IMG/VR virus record: IMGVR_UViG_3300033073_001635
Coordinates: 32,001-96,000 of that record
DNA length: 64,000 nt
Direction: 5' to 3' (one strand)
Source: a virus
Taxonomy: Duplodnaviria > Caudoviricetes
The translations under genes and the position numbers were made by a program. Numbering within the stretch: the stretch's first letter is position 1; every line of letters begins with the position of its first letter. The notes beneath the pieces are model-generated. The model made no database searches. It was not told where the DNA came from and saw only the letters and a list, made by a program, of their open reading frames with translations. Shown piece after piece: positions 31,054 through 41,200 of the stretch.

Positions 31054-32265
31054 TTAATTACCTTCTTCATTTGAAATTTTGATTAAAGCTTGAGCTATTT
31101 TCTTTTGATTTTCAAGAATTCTAATTTTTTTTTCTTTAGGATCACTTATGACTTCTGTACCATTTAGAATTTCTAGTCTATAGTTTTTTAACACTTCACC
31201 TGGTAAATTCAAATAGTAATATTGATTATAATAGATTTTCATATTTAAATCTTTTTCTAACATTTTTAAAATCAATTTTATTTTTATGTATTCAGGTAAA
31301 TATGCAGAATGCAATCCTATTACTAAATTTTGAAAATTCTCCCCAACTAAACCAGATTCTAAGACTTTCATTTCTTCTTTATTAAAGATTGATTGATCAA
31401 CGCAATTAATTCCAAAGTTCTCAGTCAAAGATTTAATTTGCAAATAATTGTAATATCTAACATATACGTTACTAAAATAAGGTTCTCTAACACTCATTGA
31501 AAAATTATATTTTTTTAAATTTCTATACATTGAAGTAAAATATGTTTCTGATTCTTTTTTAGTAGAATTAGAAGTAGAATTTGTTTCTGTAGTTGCTTCT
31601 TGATTTCGTGTTTGTGTTGTTAAAGTATATCTTATTTGTGCTAATTTTTTAATATCAAAAACAGGGAAAACAAAACTAGAAAAATAAGTATCGCTTATGG
31701 GTATTAAAAGTGATTCTAATTCTTTTCGAAACATCAAATTAGGAGAATAAGGATAATAATTAAAATATTTTAAATCCAATTCCGCTTCAAAAGAAGAAAC
31801 ACCAGCTTGATAAGAACTAATTCTAAATCCGACTACAGTGCAAAACAAATTAGTAGGATTATTTTTATCAAATGCTAAATTAGGATCAATTTCTAAAATA
31901 GAATTTTTAATATAATCATTCTTTACCCATACAAAAGGATTATTCCTTATCTGAATAATCAATCTATGTAACATTAAAATCATCTCTCTATTAAATAATA
32001 ATTTAATTTGAATACCAACACTACTTCTACCAGAAACAACTTTAGTGGTTGTCTTTGATCTTAATGTTTTATAACCCCAATTAAAATTATCTTTTTGAAT
32101 TTGAATAGAAATTGGTGGAATAGGAAATAAAATATCATTTAAAATAAATCCTGTATTTTCTCCTAATTCTCGTAAATGATTACTTACTTCTGAAAAAACC
32201 ATTTCTCCAGTATATTCAAAATAATCTCTATTAATAATTTCTTTATTTAAGTCTAAAACAGCCAA
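31054..32265 (-). CDS. Putative tail tube initiator / baseplate-tube junction protein
   Basis: 403 aa, TTG start preceded by GGAG; N-terminal ILFPIPPISIQIQK...YKTLRSK pattern resembles tube-initiator domains; lies between the tape-measure locus and the hub. Confidence 0.5.
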   Translation of the reverse strand: MAVLDLNKEIINRDYFEYTGEMVFSEVSNHLRELGENTGFILNDILFPIPPISIQIQKDNFNWGYKTLRSKTTTKVVSGRSSVGIQIKLLFNREMILMLHRLIIQIRNNPFVWVKNDYIKNSILEIDPNLAFDKNNPTNLFCTVVGFRISSYQAGVSSFEAELDLKYFNYYPYSPNLMFRKELESLLIPISDTYFSSFVFPVFDIKKLAQIRYTLTTQTRNQEATTETNSTSNSTKKESETYFTSMYRNLKKYNFSMSVREPYFSNVYVRYYNYLQIKSLTENFGINCVDQSIFNKEEMKVLESGLVGENFQNLVIGLHSAYLPEYIKIKLILKMLEKDLNMKIYYNQYYYLNLPGEVLKNYRLEILNGTEVISDPKEKKIRILENQKKIAQALIKISNEEGN

Positions 32266-32267
32266 AA

Positions 32268-35200
32268 TTATTCTCCCATAAGTTGATCAAGATAACCACC
32301 TGTTAATGGTCTACGATTATCATTGATCATGATACTTGAACTACCTCCATTTTGCAAAGCAATCTTATTCATATAATTCGCTTCTTCAATATTTCTAACG
32401 TTTCCTTTAATTAAATATGATTGATTTCTTGCAAGCATTGTACTCCCAGGACTTTGAACTCTACCAACCATATCTTTATAAAAAGGTCTTTGCATAGAGT
32501 CTGGAGACATTGATACATCTGAATTGTAATTTTGAACTTGAGCTAATTCTCTATTTTTAATTTTCTCATTTACTCTTGTATCAGTAAAAATTTCTTCAGG
32601 TCGAAGTTCTTCAGTATCATAAGAAGAAGATAATAAATATGATGCGCCAACTACTGCTGCAGTAGCAGCAGTCATCTTCATGTTTGATAAATTAGCAATA
32701 TTATCACCAATCATATTTAAAACATTTGATTGTCTATTACCAAGTAGGTTTTCAAATAAAGCTTGTTGTTCAGGAGTACTTAAACCTTGAGATCCAACCG
32801 CAGCTTCAAGCACATCAAAATTTCTAACCAACTTTAAATAATCTTCATTTGTAAAACGTTTATTCTTACCTGCGCTCATTAAAGCGCCTAGCATATTGTC
32901 AGAAGCGTAAGGACTTAAATTATTTGCTTTTACAGTTTTAATAATATTTCTGAGCCCTTCAAAAATATCATCAAGATTAAATGTAATTCTCTCTTTATTT
33001 AAACCTTCTGTATAAGCTGAAGCTAATGGTTCAGGCATATTTTCTACACTAACATTTTTTACAATTAAATCATTTAAGAAATCGGTGTCTTTAAAAACAG
33101 TTCCTCTCATAAAGTTTTCAAAATCAGTAGTATCCCCAGTTTCAAAAGCTGTGTTCAAAGTTTTAGTAAATAGCTCGCCGATATTAGTAGCTAAATCAAG
33201 AGATTTAGATTTAATAACAACAGATTCTTGAGAAGCAGAAATCAATAATTGTGCTGCTAAATCTGTTTTTCTAAAATCATTTAAATTCATATTTCCTTTA
33301 GCTAAATTATAAGCTGCACCAACTGCTACTTTTTTAACTGCAACGTCAACAGAACCAGTACCAGCTTTAAGAATTCTTTCTTTTGAAGATTCTGATTTTA
33401 ATAAATCTTGATATGTAATATTTGCAACATCCATTCTTTCTGCAACTTTTGACATTGCTTTTTTAGCAATCTCCATATTTACAACCATCATGGCACCGGT
33501 TTTTTGCATCTCTCTTATATTTCTTTGTATCTGACCCTTGAATGCATTACTGGTTTTTTCATTATTTAAAATGATTTGATAGATATCACCGTCAAAGTCA
33601 CCCACTGCAGCTCTAGATATATCTGTACGTACTTTTATATCGAAAGTATTAGATGGATCTTTTGTATTTTCAAATTTAAAAGTAGTTTCAAATTCAGGAT
33701 ACACTGCTCTACCAGCACCCAAACCAGTAGCTCTTGTATAATTCTGATCATATAGATCTACAGCTTCATTAATAATATCATCTAAACTATGATATTGTTT
33801 TTCTTCAGTTAAATCTATATTTGCTATTTTATTATCTATCTCTGATATTTTAACATTTTCTTCTTCTATAAAACCTTGTAATTTTTCAATTTTTTCATTT
33901 TGCTCTAAAGTTGTTAAATCCATATTTCTCGGTGAACGAAGAATTGGTTTATAAAGTAATCTTTGAGAATCACCTTGTTCAAAATCGTCTAATTTTTGCA
34001 AAAGATTGTCTTCATTATTTTTTACTTTTTCCAATAATTGTTCTTGTTTTGTACGTACATCATCATGCTCTACATAATATGCTTCATCTTCTTCATGATA
34101 AAAATCATCATAAATAAGTTCATCCATTTCTGTAAAATAATTATGCGCACGAATAAAGTTCTTTAATAAATCTTTATTTACTTTTTTTACAGTTATTCTC
34201 TCTGGTTCATCAGTTGGTATATGTGTACCTGTTTCAGGATCGTAATTAGTTTTATAAACAATTTCTGATTCACCAGTTTCTTGATTATATTTAGTTAAAT
34301 TAATTTCTTCTTCTTCAGTAAAAGCTTCTAATCCTAAAATTATATCCGATTTACCTAGAAAAGTTTCTGGTTGTCTAGAAGTAATTGGCATCCCCATATC
34401 ATCAAGTGCATTAACGTATGTAGGTTTACCTTCTGAATCAAGTATCACATTTCCTTCAGTATCTATTGCTAGATTTTTAAGTTCTCCCTTTTTTATTATA
34501 TTACCATCAGTATCATACTCATCAAAATCAGAAGCTAATTCTTCATAATAGAAATTTGCACTAGTTTTTCGACTTAGACCATTATTTTCTAATTCATCAA
34601 TTGATGAATCAATATTAAATTTTTCTCGTCTAGCTTCTTTTGCTTTTTCTTGTAAAGTAGCTAGTTTCTCTTCTTCTTCTTTAATTAACTGAGCATTTTT
34701 ATTAATGCGCCCTACTTTATATTTTGTTCTTTCTTCTGCTTCGTATTTAGATATATCTTCATCTAATTCTTCTAAAGTGCTGTATTGTTTGCTTTCGTCA
34801 TGATAAGTAGGTTTTGTTTTATCAGGTTTTCCATCGGGTCCTAATTCATAACCTTTGATTATTTTTACTTTAGAAAGTGCTTTCTTTTGTTTTTCACCTA
34901 AAGCCTCTTCTACTTTATTCTCTAAATGATTTTTATAAAACTCTTTTTGATCATCATCTAACTCTTCAAAAGGTTTCATTAATCGAGTAGCAGATATTTT
35001 ACCAAAAGTTGTTTGATCTGGATTCTGTTTTAAATTATCTTGAAAAGCTTTAATTAAAGCTTTGTCTTCGTCTGAATCTGTAATATTTCTAACAAATTTA
35101 CCTTCATCATCAACAACATGATAATCATATTCATCACTAAAAAACGATTGAAGAAAATCTTTACGAGCTTGATAAATTTCTTGTTCTTCCCGTATGAGCA

Positions 35201-38200
35201 TTTTAGGAATTATAGATTGTGCATAATATAACATTGAATTTACAAAGTTATTTGCACCTTTTGTTTTTCCTTGAATCATTGATTCTACAAATTGTTTTTT
35301 TAAAGTAAATTCTTGAATTTTTGCTTCAGAATTACTTGTATTAGTTATTTGATCTTGGTATTTACCTTCTTTTAGATTCTCTAATAGATCAAAAAGCATT
35401 GAAGTTGCATGAAAATGATTTGTGGTTGGAACATCTGGATCTTCCATTAATGTTTTTACAAAAGAAAACAAACTTTCAATCGCTTTCTTCTTTTCTTGTT
35501 TATGTAATTTTGAGAATGGTATCAATTTTCCATTCTCATCATAAGTCATTGCTGTAAAATTATTTGATACATCACGCCTAAGATAATCCGAAGTAAACAA
35601 TAATTCAGCAAAATCATCTTTGACTTCATGTAAAAATCTAGGCAATTCTAATAAATCTAATTGATCAGTATCAACTCCTAAAGTTCTATTTTGTTGTAAA
35701 CCAAAATCTTGCAATGCAAAAATATCACTAATAGCTTGGCTATTTATTTCAGTAGGACTTATTGGACGCTTTAAATTTAAATTTTCTTTTAATGATTCTC
35801 GATACAGTTTAGAATCATTTAAAAATCTATTTAATCCTTTTTGTATGACATCTTCAGCTAGTGCAGGAGAATATCCAAAATGAGCATATGCTTCTTGTAA
35901 TGTTTTGATTTCTTTATTAATACTACTAGCTTTTTCATTCATTTTTTTATAATTAAAAATTTTAAAAAATGCTTTGTAAATAGGATTATCATTTAAATCT
36001 GAATGTTCGGTAGGATCACTACTTAATTGTTGAATATAATTTTCTAAATAAGTATATACTGTTTTGCTATTTACACTTACTTGTTTATTTTTGTCAGAAA
36101 TATATTTTACAATAGTTTTATTAGGATCATTAGGGTCTGCGTAATCAATTAAATTTCCATTCTCATCAATATTTTCAATATTATATTTTATATAATTAAA
36201 CCCAGAATAAGTTCTTTCCTTGCCGTTTCTAGTTACAGTTTTTGATTCCCTATCAAAAGTTATGATTTTTCTAATTTTGTTACCTTCAGAGTCTTTTAGA
36301 AAATCAGATCCATCATGTTCATAAAAAACTTTTTGAGCATCATCATCTAAAGAATCTATAAATGGTATAAATCTTTTAGCAACTCTAGCACGACCAAGTC
36401 CTTTGTTTTCAAGCTGTGTTCTTTCTTCAAAACTTAAATCGGAATTATTCATCTCATATAAGAAATCAAATAAATTTAATCTTGCTTTTTTATTCTTAAA
36501 AAAAGCATTAGCTTCATCTGATTGCATGGTATCTTTCATGCTTTCAAATACTTTATTAAACTCTTCTATTTTTGTTCTATTGTAAAATTCATGACTTCCA
36601 AAAGTTTCAAGAATCTCTTTATTTGTAATAGGAAAATCAGGATGTATGATTGTTAAATTTAAAAATTTCTCAGTTTGGGTTTTATAAACAGGTTTACCAA
36701 ACTTATCAAGCATAGGCTTTCCTTTATTTTTTCCACTTTGATGTAATACTTCGATTTGACTTAAAATTTCCTCTTCATGTCCACCAAAAGAATTAATAAT
36801 TACTTTTTGAAAATCACGTTGTTTATTTAGTTTCTCTAAATTACTTTTACTACGTTTACTTTGCGTCAAAAGTAATTTCAATCTATGAGATTGAAGATCA
36901 ATTTCTCTATAATTTTTAATTATAGCTTCTTCATAAGTATTGTCATATCCATATCCTCTATAATATCTATCTAAAGCATCAGTTCTTTTTATTTGATCTC
37001 CAACATTTTCAAAAGAAGTCCCTGTACTATCTAGTATCATATTAGGATTCAAACTGTTATAAGCATATCTAGAATCCTTACCTAATAACCTGCCTGCTTG
37101 AAGTCTTCGATTCCTATCATTTTTGATATCTTTTATATTAGAAGATTTTTGTTTATAATAATTTAAAAACCCTTTTCCTACTCTATCTACTGATTCTTCA
37201 ACATTAGTATCTTTATTTATTCTAGTATAAGAAAAATTACCTTTAAACATTTCACTTCTTTGTTGTCGTAAAGTTTGAATGAAATCTTGTTTTTGTTGTA
37301 TATTCCCAGCTAAACGTTCTTGCTTTTGTTGCTTTTGATTTGAAAAGAATCTTGCTTTTGCTATTCTTTCTTGAAGATTTTCATAACTTGAAATTAGATT
37401 AGAATTTAAAGTATTTTCAATACCTTTTACATTTCTTTGATATGCAGTTTGTAAATTAAAAATTCTTTCATTTAAATTAGAAACGTTACTTTCTATTTTA
37501 TTTCTTTTATTAGTTAAATATTCCATTGTAGTTTTTTGAAAATCAAACGATAAATCTTTAAAAATACCAGTTTTGTTTAATTGATTTAAAACATTTAAAG
37601 TTTTAAAATTTAAAAAAGAAAAGTTATTTCCAGAATCGGCTGCTGATTGTATTGATTGATCAATGTAATTAATAACATCTTCGCCGCCATTCTGAATTAT
37701 CTTATCTCTAAATGCACTGTTATTACCCATAAATTCAGATAAAGATGATAAGAATATTTGCCCTTTAGTATTATAATTCAACACATCAGAATAATGAGAT
37801 TCAGGTAGATTCTCCCCAATATATTTATACATATCAATATTTAAAGCAATGTGAGACATACCTAGTTGTGGATTACGAAAATTTATACCCGAAATACCTT
37901 GAGGTTTAAAACTTCCATTTTCTAAACTATTTACTATTCTCATAGTTCCATCTGAAATTTGCAAAACATCCTCTTCCATACCAAATAAAAACTTTTTATA
38001 TAGTTCTCGTTTTTCTGTTGGATCTTGTGCATTAAACGTTTTACTAGCATACATAAATGCTTGCGTATCCAAAAACATATTATAACCATTGGATTCAATA
38101 AAAGCTGCATTCATTTTTTGAAGAATTTTAGCATTATCTAAATCATCGCTTACAAATCTAGTAATTTGATCTTTTTCAGGATCACCTAAACGAACACCCT

Positions 38201-41200
38201 TACCTTCTAACGTTGCAGAACCAGACATTCTACCAGCTAAAATCTGTCGTTGCATACCCCCTAACATGTGTTGTAATTGTTTTACATGATACATTGCTTG
38301 ATTTACTTTATTTGTTTGATCAACTTCTTCAGTTGAAGTAGATGCTTCTCTTAAAAAAGCAAAAATATCATTTACTTTTCTATATAATTCAGATTCAATT
38401 TTTAAATCTTTTTGATTACTTTTAATTTCAACACCAGAAACAACATCTAAAACATTGCTTAAAGGCACTACAATTTCAGTTTTAGTTTCGCCAATTTGTT
38501 TTAAAAAGCTTTGATATGCAGCAGTATTTATATTTTCATTACCTTCAACACCTCTAAGAAACATTTGTTGAATATCCATAACAAAGCCCATGGCTTGAGG
38601 ATTTAATTCTTGTTGTTCTTTTAAAAAATTACTTAAAGCGGTAGCTGAATCAATATCAACATTTGCTCTTAAAAACTTTTTAGTAAATTCTTCATCGGCT
38701 CTAAACAAATAACCTTGACCTACAAAATCATCAATTGAATGTTTCAAAGCACCTGCATCCATACTGGGATGCAATGACTGCCCCATTAATAGCAATGGTG
38801 TCATTGCTTGAGCTTTTTCAGCAACACCAGATTGTTTTGAAAATAATTCAGCCATATATTCTGCTGCTTCATCTTCATTCATTTGAAACATACCCATTAA
38901 ATTACCCATTACAAAGTTAGCAAAACGAGGTTCTACTCTAGCCATTCTATCTTTGTTAATAGTAGATTGTGTACCAGCAAATGTAGACATTGCACCAATA
39001 AAAAATCCTCTTTCAGCAGTTTCAAAAACTACTTTTTGTTGCTCAGCAGTTAATCTTGTATTAGCTAAAAGACCTTTTAATTGATCTTTAAAAGCAACGG
39101 CTTTTTTACCAGGTTCAGTTGCTGGTTCTTTTAAATTATGGTACGCAGGAATTAACAAGTTTCCTAAAACTTCAGGAGTTACTTGTTGAGCTGTTGCGCC
39201 TGATGCAGTAGGTAATTCAGCATTATCAGCAATTAAATTAGAAAAAGTTTCAATGATATTTTCTGCTACAATCTTTTGATATTTAGGTGCATGCTGTTTT
39301 ACCTTTGTATCCATTTCAGCAGCTTCAATTTTTCCTTGCATATTAAAAACATTAGATTCAATAAAATCATCAGCATAACCTAACATTTTTAAAGAACCAT
39401 AAAGTAAAGAAGACAAAAATTGTGGGCCCTTTGTAACAACGTCCATACCTGCTAACATTGTACTTTCAATTTTACCACCAAATGTTTTCATATAAGTATT
39501 TTCAAAAAAACGACTAGCTTCTTGCATTGCAGCTTCTCTATTTATAAATTTTCCAGTAACTGGATCTTTTTTATATAAAGCCTGCGCTAAAACATTTTTC
39601 ATACCACCTTCATCAAGTATTTGTTCTTCACCAAAGAAAACACCCTTAACAGCTTCTGAAAATATCTTACCTTCATGACTACCATAAACTTCACCAGCAA
39701 TACTAAACATACCAGTTCTTTCAGTATTAACATTGGTATTCATTTTTAACTTCAAACCCATCATGCCTTTTTGTTTTTTTATCAAAGTAGGCATGTTATC
39801 TTTAAAACCTAAAACTAGATTTCCATCTTTATCTCCATAATTTTTAAAAAAAGTTTCTAATTCACTTCCAAACAAATTAACTTCTTCACCAGCTAATATC
39901 TTTTGAAAAACATCAGATTCATAAATACTTAGATTAGTCATCCCCTTAGTATATTGAAAAGATTTTTGTAAAGGTTCTGATACTAAATGCATACCACCTC
40001 TATATTGCATTGCATCTGCCAAACCTAATCTTTGACCTTTTTTAGCATTACTATTGAAATCTATAATTACACCAGTATTTGCACCTACTAAATCTAAATT
40101 TTGAAATTCTTTACCAACTACTAATAAATCAGCACCTTTAGTTGCAGATGTTTTAATAGAACCAGTTCTACCAAAACTTAAAGATTGCATTCCTCTTTGC
40201 ATATCTTCAAAGGTTTCAAATTTAGTATTTGCAGGAAAATAACCAAGCATAGCTTCTGGTTTAGCAAATAACTGAGCAATACGTGCAGAACCAGGTAATA
40301 AAGATTGATCTTTAATACCATGAGTTCTAGCAATATTATAAGGTATCACTGCAGGATTAGAAACGTTTTGACGTCCAAGAATTGCATTTGGATCAAGTAT
40401 TACAGCTTGTTGTTCAAAAGAAGTGCTCTTTAATTCCTTTCTAATTGTACCTGCTTGACCTTGTGCAGGACCAAAAATACCAATATTTAAAGATACTAAT
40501 TCATTTAAATCTACAGGAAATTGACCACCTGTTTTACCTCTATTAAAAAAATAAGCAGTATTTGACATTATTTGAATGCCGTGCTTTTGTTGAATACCAG
40601 CATAACCAAAATTCATTTGACCATGCGTAGGGTAATATTGAGTTAAACCAGAAAGAACTTCCATAAAAGAATTTCTTTCAGCTTGATTCATATAATGAAT
40701 GTCTTCTGGAGAATAAGTTTTTAATAAATTAATTGCAAAATCTTCAAAAGAAGATTTAGGCATTTTTTTTGCAAAAATATTTCTAGCAATTTTTTGTTTT
40801 TCAGCAAGATTCGCACCCTTACTAACTTCAGCAAAATCTGCTGCATCAAAATAATGATTATGTGCAACCTTTGCATTTCCGTAATCACTAGATAATCTTA
40901 CATATCTTCCATGTGTACCTTCAGCAGCCATTAAAGGAATTATTAATGGTTGTTTTGAAGATCTATTATGAGTAGAACTTATTCTAGCATAAACACCATA
41001 TGCATCTTCATTAGCTTCTTTTATAATATCAAAAGAAACTTTAAAATTAGGATTATTATTTCCCAATCTCAAATGATCACTAATTATATTAAATCTATTT
41101 AGAACAGTGTTCTTTACTTCGTTACTTTTACCTTTAAAAATACTCCATAGCTGATCATCTTGTAAAGATGATGCAGTTAAATTTTGTTTATGATAAATTG

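Noticed and set aside
33585-33602. GDFDGD as an FG-GAP/VCBS calcium-binding repeat
   Set aside because: It occurs once, lacks the following G..D pattern of those repeats, and is accompanied by other polymerase motifs in the expected order
33720-37830. Intein or intron as the explanation for the polymerase insertion
   Set aside because: The frame is continuous; there is no Cys/Ser-start Hint block, no HN-[CST] end and no LAGLIDADG or HNH motif; the HN in RAHNYF is followed by Tyr
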